NCBI GenBank assembly: GCA_019057475.1
Contig: DXJO01000006.1
Location: forward strand, 68,984-132,983
Source: Candidatus Thorarchaeota archaeon
GTDB lineage: Archaea; Asgardarchaeota; Thorarchaeia; Thorarchaeales; Thorarchaeaceae
Length of the DNA: 64,000 nt
Reading direction: 5' to 3'
Each line of letters begins with the position of its first letter. The stretch's first letter is position 1. This document shows, piece after piece, positions 48,389 through 57,772 of the stretch. Below the pieces are notes generated by a model. The model made no database searches. It saw only the letters and a list, made by a program, of their open reading frames with translations, and was not told where the DNA came from. Made by a program: the position numbers and the translations under genes.

Positions 48389-50425
48389 CTATACGGCTCT
48401 TCTTCTTCTTGTGAAGTCGACAACCACGAATACTATCATGATGACTGCGGCGCCGTAGAGAGCGATACTTGTGACATCACCCAGCGGGATATTAAAGAAC
48501 CCCCATCCTGAGGGGCTTGGGTCCAGGTATACAAGCAATCGGATGTCTAGGTTATAGTAGTCCGGGTTGTCCACGTTGACTGAGGAATCTGCCATGTAGA
48601 TGCGACCACTTGAATCGCAATCCATAAGGCCCGGATAGAACCCGTAGGAAATAGGATAGGTGTCGTCTGACATGGTTCTATTCCATATCTGGCTCCCGTA
48701 TATATCGTACTTGGCAAGGTAATGTGTGATTCCCCCACTGGAGTGCGTATAGAACCAGAAGTATGCATTGCCGTCTGCAGTAGTCGTCAGAGCTCCCGGA
48801 ACAACATGTTCCTCCCACATATCACCGAATGAAATCTCAAGAGATATGTTGGTGATTGGCTCCCTGTTAGTTTGCCAAACAACAAGACGGGGTTCCCTTG
48901 GCTCGACAGGTAATTCGTACATCGACGGCGTCTGCACTGCATAAGCGTACCCATTCGGAGCAACGCTCATGCACATGAAAGTGCCATTCTTGAACCATAT
49001 GATATTGCCATCGCTGTCCCATTTTGTTATCTGATTGAGTGTAGATGTGTAGACATAACCATCGCTCGTGATTCCAATTGTCTGTCCAAGCATCCAGAAG
49101 GAGTCCTTGATGGAAACATTCCATATCATCTCTAGGTTGGAATCGAACTTGCCGAGATAAGTTTCTAGGGTAAGCGGATCGTTTTCATCCTGAACTATGT
49201 ACGCAACATATAGTGACCCATCTGGTCCTGTGTCTGCGCCAATGGCAGCATCAAGAGTCCCGAAATTATATGTACGTTCGAGATTCTTATTTCCATACAA
49301 ATCCCATTTTATAAGGACCGTGTTAGGTTCGAACGGGAATGTAGTGTTTCTGAAGCTGTATCCTACGGTGTACACATAGTTGCCATATGTCGCCACATCG
49401 AAGCCAAACATCATTACCGAATCATTACCTGCTGTCCGCGCCCAAGAAACATTTGCCTGAGAATCCCACTTCACCAAGAGAAGATTAGGGTCGCTCGTCA
49501 AGTACGGGTCATCCACGGATGAATCTGTACCTACAGTATAGATTGCTCCATCAGGGCTGACATCTATTCCGATGACCTGTTCGTTTCGATCTGTTCTACC
49601 CCATGTCTTGTTTTCCAGCGGCTGAATCATTTCGTCAGGTAAGGTTTCTTTGAGGAGCACCCAAGCATCGAAGTGGGTGACCATTAGGGTCACGGAACCA
49701 TCATAAGTCAGCCACGGAGTACCGCCGTAGTAGTTCACGAAGGTATCAGTTGGAGCAAGTCCTATCGCAAAAGTCAACTCATCGCTTGGGTCCTCTTGGT
49801 GCCCCGCATCGTTCTCAATCATTCCACCCCATGCGTTGTAGATGTCAAAGCCAAAAAGCGAGATGTTATGTGAACCGATATGACCGTTCACGTACGGTGG
49901 ATATGACCCATAGATTTCTTCCCAATCACCCGACGAGTCAATAAGCCAAACATAGACACGAAACATGAGCTCACTTGCGTAGAAGTCCCCAGTCCTAACG
50001 ATACCGTAGTCAATGGTGATATCAACATCTGATGGCAGGACGTTGTACTCCCATTCAACTGTCTGCTTGAAGTAGACGAACTCCATAGTATCAGGCATTT
50101 CTGAATTATAGGGACTTCGAGTGTGTATCTCGGTTCCTGAATCGTGATTCCATGTGAGGTTCAGATACCCATGGTTACCTCCAGCGTAGCCGTACTCGTA
50201 ACCGAACTCGTTTGTGCCGCCCATTTCAACAACATCATTGGAGGAATCCAATAGGGGCCCCTCAATGAGTTCAAAGTACTCATATCCTGCCAGACTCACA
50301 TTGTTTCCCATTGGAGCTGACAGAAACAAGGGAGCGGCAACAGATGTCACTGATAGCAATACACAGATAGTTAGCGCATACATTGTTGCGATTTTCCTGA
50401 AACTCAAATGCTTTCCTCCACCCAA
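48389..50425 (-). CDS. large secreted cell-surface protein with beta-propeller-type repeats and a C-terminal TM anchor (678 aa)
   Basis: It has a signal peptide and repeated Y-x-Y-T / DGS-YVA / NGYAYAV motifs. The C-terminus reads FNIPLGD, then a TM helix, then RRRRAV. Confidence 0.6.
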   Translation of the reverse strand: MGGGKHLSFRKIATMYALTICVLLSVTSVAAPLFLSAPMGNNVSLAGYEYFELIEGPLLDSSNDVVEMGGTNEFGYEYGYAGGNHGYLNLTWNHDSGTEIHTRSPYNSEMPDTMEFVYFKQTVEWEYNVLPSDVDITIDYGIVRTGDFYASELMFRVYVWLIDSSGDWEEIYGSYPPYVNGHIGSHNISLFGFDIYNAWGGMIENDAGHQEDPSDELTFAIGLAPTDTFVNYYGGTPWLTYDGSVTLMVTHFDAWVLLKETLPDEMIQPLENKTWGRTDRNEQVIGIDVSPDGAIYTVGTDSSVDDPYLTSDPNLLLVKWDSQANVSWARTAGNDSVMMFGFDVATYGNYVYTVGYSFRNTTFPFEPNTVLIKWDLYGNKNLERTYNFGTLDAAIGADTGPDGSLYVAYIVQDENDPLTLETYLGKFDSNLEMIWNVSIKDSFWMLGQTIGITSDGYVYTSTLNQITKWDSDGNIIWFKNGTFMCMSVAPNGYAYAVQTPSMYELPVEPREPRLVVWQTNREPITNISLEISFGDMWEEHVVPGALTTTADGNAYFWFYTHSSGGITHYLAKYDIYGSQIWNRTMSDDTYPISYGFYPGLMDCDSSGRIYMADSSVNVDNPDYYNLDIRLLVYLDPSPSGWGFFNIPLGDVTSIALYGAAVIMIVFVVVDFTRRRRAV

Positions 50426-50500
50426 GCGAGAACCTCCCGCTGAATCACAGGTATACTAGCGCGCGAATCCAGATATTTCTTTGGCTTCACGTACTCATGC

Positions 50501-52444
50501 CTAAGTACGAAACCGGAGTCCTTTTCGTCGTCGTACGACATCACAGACCACAAGCACTGCGATAACGGAAAATGCTATGACCAAACCTGTCTCAGGCAGA
50601 TTGAATGGGTCCACTGGATAGTCTGAATCGAAATACACAAACATTCGAAGGCTGAGGTCTTCAGATTCGATATCGTACTGGCTTCCTATGATATGGATCA
50701 GTCCATTTCGACCTGGGACCATCTTCCATCTAGGGTAGTAAACCGATTCATTGCTAAGTGGAGCAAGGCTCTTGTTCCACAGCTGTATGCCTGAGCTGTT
50801 GTATTTCGCAAGTCTAAACCCTTGCTCGTCTTGGGGTATTCGAAAGAACATGTATAAGGAGCCGTCTGTCGCAATTTCCATGGAATGCAGCAAAATAGGC
50901 TCAGACCAAGTTTCTGTATAGTGAATATCAATGGATTGATTCCAAAGAACAGTCCCATCCGAGTCACGTTTTACGAGATACATGTGTGGAACAAAGGAGC
51001 CATAGTACCATTCGCTGTATGTTGCTTCCGCGGTGTAAATTGAACCGTTTGGTGAAAGACATAGGTCGTAGAACAATCCTGTCTTATTCCACAAAAGATT
51101 GGCATCTTGGTCCCATTTTATGAAACTGTAGCGGCCTAACGCGTAGACATCACCCTCCTCAGACACCTCTAGCGAAGTGGATGCGAATGAATCTGTTCCC
51201 AAAGTTACTTCCCAAATTACCGTACCTTCGTGGTTGATTTTAATCAGGTGTTCCGTTATCCCGCCCGAGCTCTCCCAAACGTATCCATAATGCCTGTAAC
51301 CTGTAAGATAGATGGAATCATCGTTGGCGATTTCAAGGTCGATTACCCAACTGAGGTCCAAGCTCAACTCCTTGGCTAATGTTAGTGCTCCATCTGAGCT
51401 CCACCTAAGTAGAATCGGGCTCATGTTACCTGGGCTTGAATCGTACATACCAATAGCGTACACGTTGTCACCGTAGACATCAATGGCGACACCATGGATT
51501 GTACATGAGCTATTCGTTTTGAAGGCCCATAGCACATCTGCGCGTTCATTCCATCGAATTAGAATTGTCCCATATGACACAGAGCCGGACTCTCTGGATA
51601 AGGAATATACTGTGCCATCACCTGCATCCTCCACATCTACAAAAAACTCATAGCTGTTCCGAGATGTGTACCCAGCGTGTACAGGCTCAATCTCTTCAAC
51701 AGCTGCCGGCCCACCGCGCAATGCCTTTACGCTAATGCCCTCAACTGTCATTGTCACGATGCCTGTGTAGCTGCTCCACGGCTCTGACCCAGTAGAAGGC
51801 TCAATGCATCGACGGCTGGGCGCGAATCCAATTGCCAGACGTATGTCGTTGAGAGGGTATTCCAGGTCAGACCATGCACTGTCTATAGTGTGTTCCCATA
51901 GGTTAATGAGAAATGATTGAGGCGTTCCATTGATAGACGGTAACCAAGAGTAATAAATTGGTATCCAGTTTTGCGGAGTTATCAAGTAGACGAATGCCCT
52001 GAACTTGTCCCACCCTGACTCATCCGTTTTGAATGTACCTGTTACATCAAACCCATACTCCATGATTACTTTGACTCTATACGGAGGGGAGCTACTCTCC
52101 CAAAGCAAAGGTTGGAAGAAATAGATGAAATCGTCACAGTCAATGAACTCGACGTCTGGAAACGCTGGAAAATCCAATTGAGTTCCCGCAGTATGATTCC
52201 AGATGAGAAGCGCTCTCCCGTCCTCACCGTCGGTGTCGTAGCTATGTGAGAATTCGCCTGATTCTCCGACGACTACAATCTCAGGTGGGTTGGCAATGTC
52301 TGGATCTATCACTAGTTCTTGTGACTCGAATTCCGCGAGCGCCTTGGCTCCTGAAGAAGCGTTAGTCAAGAGGGAGTCTTGAAGCGGATGAGCTCCGGAG
52401 AGGGATGCAAGTAGAATGAATGTGATCGCAATTGTGCATATCAA
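50501..52444 (-). CDS. paralogous large secreted cell-surface beta-propeller protein with an LPETG-containing C-terminal sorting-signal-like tail (647 aa)
   Basis: Clear homology to the upstream gene is visible (LIWNHTAGTQL vs LTWNHDSGTEI; AIGFAPS...TMTV). The C-terminus reads FNLPETG, then a TM helix, then RRRKGLRFRT. Confidence 0.6.
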   Translation of the reverse strand: MICTIAITFILLASLSGAHPLQDSLLTNASSGAKALAEFESQELVIDPDIANPPEIVVVGESGEFSHSYDTDGEDGRALLIWNHTAGTQLDFPAFPDVEFIDCDDFIYFFQPLLWESSSPPYRVKVIMEYGFDVTGTFKTDESGWDKFRAFVYLITPQNWIPIYYSWLPSINGTPQSFLINLWEHTIDSAWSDLEYPLNDIRLAIGFAPSRRCIEPSTGSEPWSSYTGIVTMTVEGISVKALRGGPAAVEEIEPVHAGYTSRNSYEFFVDVEDAGDGTVYSLSRESGSVSYGTILIRWNERADVLWAFKTNSSCTIHGVAIDVYGDNVYAIGMYDSSPGNMSPILLRWSSDGALTLAKELSLDLSWVIDLEIANDDSIYLTGYRHYGYVWESSGGITEHLIKINHEGTVIWEVTLGTDSFASTSLEVSEEGDVYALGRYSFIKWDQDANLLWNKTGLFYDLCLSPNGSIYTAEATYSEWYYGSFVPHMYLVKRDSDGTVLWNQSIDIHYTETWSEPILLHSMEIATDGSLYMFFRIPQDEQGFRLAKYNSSGIQLWNKSLAPLSNESVYYPRWKMVPGRNGLIHIIGSQYDIESEDLSLRMFVYFDSDYPVDPFNLPETGLVIAFSVIAVLVVCDVVRRRKGLRFRT

Positions 52445-52631
52445 GGGTGTCCTCCTATTACGCAGTTCTAGTACCTCCCCATTTCAGCGAGATTGTTACC
52501 CCTTTGGATAGATGAAATAGGTCGCAAAACCAGATATCTCTTGGGTTTCACGCGGAGATCGTGGTTTCATTGCAATAATGAACCTTCTAACCATAATTCT
52601 CAATTCCTCAAGGGATTTTGGTATCTCATTA

Positions 52632-53819
52632 TCAAAGATTCGTAGCAAATCCCTTGCCAAAATCAATGCATCTCTCAAAGGATTCTCTATCGGGATTCCA
52701 GAGTTCGCGGAGTCCGTCCCCTATGATTTTAAAGCCGCTTTCCTTTAGCAGTTCAGTGATCATTTTCACTCCTTCTCCAGACCAACCATAGGAACCAAAA
52801 GATGCAGCAGATTTTCCTTTAAAACGAAGGCCTCGAATCTCCTCAAGAATTCCCGCTACTGAAGATAGTATCCCGTTGTTGATGGTAGAGGAGCCAACAA
52901 GAATCGCTTTAGACTTGAAGACCTCCTTGATGATATCGTTTTTGTCAGCTCTGGCAGAGCTGAATAGTTTAACAACTATCTTTTCATCAGCAGATTTAAT
53001 CCCTTCAGCTATGCTTTCGGCCATTCTTCTAGTACTATTCCACATGGTATCATAGATAATTGTGATTTGATTCTCTTGATAATCACCAGCCCACTCGACG
53101 TACTTGTTGACGATTTGTAGTGGATCGTTTCGCCATATCACGCCATGACTAGTACAGATAAAGTCCACAGGAAGCTTGAGTCCAACGACCTCCTCGATTT
53201 TTTTAATCACTTGTTTGCTGAAGGGCGTTAGAATATTGGCATAGTATTTGATACATTCATCATAGAGCTCATACTGGTCAACCAAGTCATTGTACATGGC
53301 TTCCGAGGCATAATGTTGACCAAAAGCGTCGTTAGAGAAGAGGATGTTATCTCCAGTCAGATAACAAAACATGTTATCAGGCCAATGAAGCATGGGCGCA
53401 CTCACAAAAACAAGCTCTCGCGAACCAAGACTTAGCTTGTCGCCTGTCTTGACCAATCGAAAGTCCCAATCCTTGTGATAGTACCCCCTGAGAAACTTCT
53501 CTGCTTGTGCTGTACAATAGATGGGTGTGTCCGGAATTACATCCATTAGTGCTGGCAATGCACCACTGTGATCCGGCTCGGAATGATTGGCAATTATGAA
53601 ATCTATCTCATCCAGCGGAACAACATCAGAGAGTCCGTCGACGAACTCCTTGCTAAAAGGTGTCCAAACTGTATCAATCAAAGCTGTGTGGGTATCCTTA
53701 ACCAAATAGGAATTATAAGTTGTGCCTTTATGGGCAGAGTATTCTTCACCATGAAACTTTCGAAGTTCCCAGTCTACCTTGCCTACCCAAAAGACGTTGT
53801 TTCTGATTTCAAAATTCAT
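52632..53819 (-). CDS. fprA: flavodiiron protein (FprA-type F420H2 oxidase / O2- or NO-reductase)
   Basis: A metallo-beta-lactamase-like domain with a diiron motif (HSEPDHSG) is followed by a flavodoxin-like domain. The ORF track extends to 53933, and I take the start as the ATG at 53819 (MNFEIRNNVFWVG). Confidence 0.85.
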   Translation of the reverse strand: MNFEIRNNVFWVGKVDWELRKFHGEEYSAHKGTTYNSYLVKDTHTALIDTVWTPFSKEFVDGLSDVVPLDEIDFIIANHSEPDHSGALPALMDVIPDTPIYCTAQAEKFLRGYYHKDWDFRLVKTGDKLSLGSRELVFVSAPMLHWPDNMFCYLTGDNILFSNDAFGQHYASEAMYNDLVDQYELYDECIKYYANILTPFSKQVIKKIEEVVGLKLPVDFICTSHGVIWRNDPLQIVNKYVEWAGDYQENQITIIYDTMWNSTRRMAESIAEGIKSADEKIVVKLFSSARADKNDIIKEVFKSKAILVGSSTINNGILSSVAGILEEIRGLRFKGKSAASFGSYGWSGEGVKMITELLKESGFKIIGDGLRELWNPDRESFERCIDFGKGFATNL

Positions 53820-53972
53820 TCCACGTACCCCTTCTATTGCTCTGTTCGACTGCTCTAGGCTTCTTTCTACATCCCTGCTAATAGTTCTATTGAATTGGAT
53901 GAGTACAAGGAGTACAGAGAGATGCAATAGCAAGCATCTTAATATGGCAGATAATCAGTATCTCGCCCTGAG

Positions 53973-54377
53973 GTGTCTGAACTGGGAACAATAGATCATG
54001 TTGCCTCTCTACTAGAATCACTTGACATCAAATTCACTCGTGAAGAAAATGTGCTAATGATGCGTTGGAGCACGGAGCACATCAAGAACCTCAAGGTCAG
54101 GATTGCCACCAACGAAGATGAATCGTGGGTCTATATCGTTTATCCCTTTGCCAACTACAACGACGTAGATGAAAGCAAACGAGCGAAGCTAGCTTACGAC
54201 ATGCTTAGGGCTTCGTGGGAGGCCAATGGAGTCAAGTTCGCGATAGATGACGACGACGATATCATCCTCCTCGCCGAAACAAATGATACCGACCTGAAAG
54301 CGGAAGAGATGAAGACGCTTATTGGGCACCTTGTGCACGCCTGTGATACCCTCTGGGAAATATACCCTCGACACTAA
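53973..54377 (+). CDS. YbjN-like (putative sensory-transduction/chaperone-fold) small acidic protein
   Basis: Its size and bipartite pattern resemble the YbjN domain (poly-Asp linker DDDDD). This is a weak call. Confidence 0.35.
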   Translation: MSELGTIDHVASLLESLDIKFTREENVLMMRWSTEHIKNLKVRIATNEDESWVYIVYPFANYNDVDESKRAKLAYDMLRASWEANGVKFAIDDDDDIILLAETNDTDLKAEEMKTLIGHLVHACDTLWEIYPRH

Positions 54378-54408
54378 ATAGAAGGCCAGAACTAAAACTC
54401 AAAGCAGA

Positions 54409-54960
54409 GTGGGACAAATGAGTAACTCCCCGATTGACTCTCCAGCGCCCCATAAAAAAAGGGAGCGACTGGTTGCCATTTATCATCCCAAGAGAGGTTC
54501 TACGATCTTCAACTATGTCTTTGGCTTCGTGGTCTTCATTTTTGGCCTTGGGTCAAACGTCATCGCTGCCGCAGGTTTCGTGGAGTTCGGCCTCGTATCT
54601 TGGACCCTTGGTCTATTCGCTTTGGCATTTGGGTTGGTTCTGGTTCTCTGGACGGAAACTCGACGGCGACATATTTTGTACATAGTGACCACATGGAACA
54701 TAAGAATTCGGACTGGATATGTCAACAAAAAGACTGCTCGAGTCTTTTATGATGAGATAACGGAAGTTGCAACGTCTAGTGAACCAGTAGAGGAAGCTAT
54801 CAATCAGGGCGATGTCGTTGTGTATTCCGTGAAATCTAAGGATGAACCAGCTCTTATCTTCGAAGGGGTTCATAATCCTCATGGCATTCGAGAAGTGATA
54901 CTTAGATTCGTGGCAACAATCCCTGAGCCACCCCCCTGGTTACACGTTCCAAGAGACTAG
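54409..54960 (+). CDS. membrane protein with two TM helices and a bacterial-PH-like (bPH_2/DUF304-type) domain
   Basis: TM helices are followed by the pattern LYIVTTWNIRIRTGY...VFYDEITEV...VVVYSVKSK typical of bPH_2. Confidence 0.45.
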   Translation: MGQMSNSPIDSPAPHKKRERLVAIYHPKRGSTIFNYVFGFVVFIFGLGSNVIAAAGFVEFGLVSWTLGLFALAFGLVLVLWTETRRRHILYIVTTWNIRIRTGYVNKKTARVFYDEITEVATSSEPVEEAINQGDVVVYSVKSKDEPALIFEGVHNPHGIREVILRFVATIPEPPPWLHVPRD

Positions 54961-55087
54961 ATTTGTCGTAATTTGAAACGTATTGCAGGTTTTTATATCT
55001 GAAGAGAATACTATTCATTATACCCTCTGAAGAGAGTATACAGAATAAGAATGCGTTTCCATAGATCTGCTAAGGAGAGTTTTAGCA

Positions 55088-55936
55088 ATGACTTTGGTCG
55101 AAATTACCTACACAACTCGTGACGGGGAATCGAAACAAGAGTCTGTGAATAGCGACTCGACTAGCATGAACCTAAGCGGCAAGGAAATCATTGAGATTGA
55201 CCTTGCCCCACTCCAGAGCTGCAAGTCCCTTGTTGAACTCGATCTCTCTGCCAATTGGCTGAAGCGGGCAGAGTTAATGTCCTTAAGCTCCTTGGAGCAC
55301 CTTGAGATTCTGAAGCTTGGTTCAAACGGCCTGATCACAATCGATTTAACCCCTCTCTCCGAGTGCTCCAACTTAACTCAGCTTCACCTTGAAGTTAATC
55401 AACTTCAGAGGGTCGACATCGCCCCACTAAGCAACTGCCAGAAGCTTGAGGAGCTGTATCTCAACTCTAACAACCTGCAGGACATCGATCTTACTCCACT
55501 GAGTGATTGTCCGAATCTGAGATTCCTTCGTCTTGACAACAACCAGCTTTACAACCTAGATCTCATGCCGTTGGGTTTCTGCATTCTACTCCAGGAATTG
55601 TTTCTTGAAAATAACCCCTTGGAGGATTTGGACCTTACGCATCTAGGCAATTGTACAGCCTTGGAAGGTCTTTGGCTACGTGGTACCTCTCTTCAGCACC
55701 TTGACTTGTCCCCGTTGTTTCCGTTAGAGGAGTTATTATGGCTTGATTTGAGTGAGAATGACATCTATCTCATTGACCTCTCTCCGCTCTACAATTTGAA
55801 GGGCCTCGAATCATTGATGATTGATGACTCAATCGTCATTATGGTTAACCGAATTCTTGAAGACGATGAGCCTCCGAATTCCATGGCCCAATATATGGAC
55901 CGCGTCTTCTATCCGACTTACAAAGATTCCAGCTAA
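55088..55936 (+). CDS. leucine-rich-repeat protein (about 9 LRRs of 22-23 aa)
   Basis: The repeating unit is LxxLxxLxLxxNxLxxIDLxPLSxCxNL. It has no other domain and no signal peptide. Confidence 0.85.
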   Translation: MTLVEITYTTRDGESKQESVNSDSTSMNLSGKEIIEIDLAPLQSCKSLVELDLSANWLKRAELMSLSSLEHLEILKLGSNGLITIDLTPLSECSNLTQLHLEVNQLQRVDIAPLSNCQKLEELYLNSNNLQDIDLTPLSDCPNLRFLRLDNNQLYNLDLMPLGFCILLQELFLENNPLEDLDLTHLGNCTALEGLWLRGTSLQHLDLSPLFPLEELLWLDLSENDIYLIDLSPLYNLKGLESLMIDDSIVIMVNRILEDDEPPNSMAQYMDRVFYPTYKDSS

Positions 55937-56006
55937 CCGATTCTAACTTGGGAAGTACATCATATCTCCGCAATACATGCCCTAATTTGTTTACGCCCTT
56001 GAACCA

Positions 56007-56684
56007 TTGTCAGTGGTGTCAATGAGTACTCCTGAGGATATTGCCGCGAAACTAACTTTGAAGCTTGCCGGAGTTTTTCAGCAAGCTAGAAACCTCTGGG
56101 TTCGACGCATTGACTCTTATTTCTCTCAGTTGGAATCGCTAACTGATGGACAATGGCTGGACTCCTCGGACATTGCTGGGATTATCAAGGAATCAAAGCT
56201 CGCGTCGCGCGAGGCTCTCGACGGACTAAGCAACGACTTGAGTACTGAACTCATTCATGCATCCAATGGAATGCTGGTACGGCATGAGTCTGACCGAGTC
56301 ATTCTCCTAAGCGAAATTTCCAATCTTAAACTAAGCTTGGACAAGTATCTTTCCGGTGATGAAAAGGCCGCTCGGAGAGAAAACCAGAGCCTTCGAACTG
56401 CCCTCATGAAAATGCCGGAATTCCAGCTGCTGACTATTATTCAAAGCGAGCGTAGAGCATCATATGGCTGTCTTTCCGAATTGTCAGGAGCAAAGAAGGG
56501 CAAGGTGCGCAAGTTTGTTAAGGTCCTAGCAGAGAGCGGATTTTGCCATGTTGACAAGAAATCAAGGCCCCACGCAGTCATCTTTGATCTTGCCCCTTGG
56601 AATACGCGTGGTTCTCCTGGGCATCAGACATTTCGGTCTCAGAGTACTGTTTCGTTTCAGCAGGTACCACTTGGACATCTTTAG
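56007..56684 (+). CDS. hypothetical coiled-coil protein with a C-terminal winged-helix-like segment
   Basis: It has a predicted coiled-coil middle and an HTH-like C-terminus (LSELSGAKKGKVRKFVKVLAESGF). The 3' end overlaps the convergent membrane gene by 107 nt. Confidence 0.35.
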   Translation: MSVVSMSTPEDIAAKLTLKLAGVFQQARNLWVRRIDSYFSQLESLTDGQWLDSSDIAGIIKESKLASREALDGLSNDLSTELIHASNGMLVRHESDRVILLSEISNLKLSLDKYLSGDEKAARRENQSLRTALMKMPEFQLLTIIQSERRASYGCLSELSGAKKGKVRKFVKVLAESGFCHVDKKSRPHAVIFDLAPWNTRGSPGHQTFRSQSTVSFQQVPLGHL

Positions 56685-57549
56685 CACCTAGCTGCCTAGC
56701 AATACTCTGAATACGAGGTGTTGTAAAGCCAAGCATCACTTCGTTTAGGATGACAATAGGCACGACAAAAGCCATCATTAGTAGTGGAAGCCCAATTGTC
56801 CAGAAAAGGCTAGTAATTGCATTTAATGGAGTAAAGACTCGGCCGTCAACAAGATAGGGTCGTATGAAGAAGTGAACTATGCTTGAAAGCGGAAGTGCAA
56901 TCACTGAAAACCCGCCTAGGAAATTACTGTACCATCGACCAACTCCTTCGGTATCTGGGCACGTGCGGACTTTTAGCTGTCCCTCCTTGAGATGAAGGAC
57001 AATTCCCGAATCATTGAGAAGCCATGTGGGCATAAAGAACGCCAAGGACACAGGAAGGGCGATTACGGCACTTACGATTGCAAAGAGAGGAGTAATGAAT
57101 GATCCAACTTCATTTGTGAGACTTGCGGGATGAATTAGAAAGTAGTCACCAAGCAGATAGATTGACAACTGACCGGAAGAAATGGCGAAGAGGGCCGGAA
57201 CTGCAGCTCTTCTTAGGATTCGATCAATCCCAAACCTGTCGCCCAATTTCACTATATTCTGTTCATATGCTGATGCCTTGAGGACTTTGTTCAGAGCCAT
57301 GAAAACTGCTGTGAGCGGGAGCGCCAAGACCACGTACTCTATGAAGATAACTGGGACAATGGCAACCAAGATTGTCCAGACATCTCCCGCCATACTCTCG
57401 TGAGCGATGGCTCGGGTCAGGTCCGCTTCTGGATATGTTCGAACGATGTAACCTGCCAACGTGTTGGCTAACAACAAAGTCAGATAGATGCCTGTTGCCG
57501 CCAAGATAGCCGGTACAATGAATCTGAGCTTTCCTTCATTCATGCACAT
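56578..57549 (-). CDS. polytopic membrane protein, unknown
   Basis: It has ~7 hydrophobic helices and no recognisable motif. Confidence 0.4.
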   Translation of the reverse strand: MCMNEGKLRFIVPAILAATGIYLTLLLANTLAGYIVRTYPEADLTRAIAHESMAGDVWTILVAIVPVIFIEYVVLALPLTAVFMALNKVLKASAYEQNIVKLGDRFGIDRILRRAAVPALFAISSGQLSIYLLGDYFLIHPASLTNEVGSFITPLFAIVSAVIALPVSLAFFMPTWLLNDSGIVLHLKEGQLKVRTCPDTEGVGRWYSNFLGGFSVIALPLSSIVHFFIRPYLVDGRVFTPLNAITSLFWTIGLPLLMMAFVVPIVILNEVMLGFTTPRIQSIARQLGAKDVQVVPAETKQYSETEMSDAQENHAYSKGQDQR

Positions 57550-57723
57550 TCCTCAGCTCTATTTCCACAACTGGATTTGTAAGCGTATTGGTGGCCTAAT
57601 CAATAATAAGGATGATTTAGAAAATGGAAGAGTCCCTTCGGTTCATCGTTAGCTCTGAGAAACGAAGGCTCTGCCTAGCTTTTTAACAATCTACTTTGAG
57701 TTGCCGTCGATCTCGACATCTTC

Positions 57724-57729
57724 AAAAAA
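57724..57729 (-). terminator. oligo-T (T6 on the minus strand), ~45 nt downstream of the radical-SAM gene stop
   Basis: An A6 run on the plus strand lies in the intergenic gap, and a nearby imperfect hairpin (CCTTCG...CGAAGG) is also present. Confidence 0.3.
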
Positions 57730-57772
57730 GAGTGTAGGAATTGACAGGAGCCTGCAGACGTAACATCTTGGA

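Noticed and set aside
52496-52678. 60-aa minus-strand ORF between the surface-protein gene and fprA
   Set aside because: It is short, has no motifs, and overlaps the fprA 3' end. It is likely a non-coding intergenic or terminator region.
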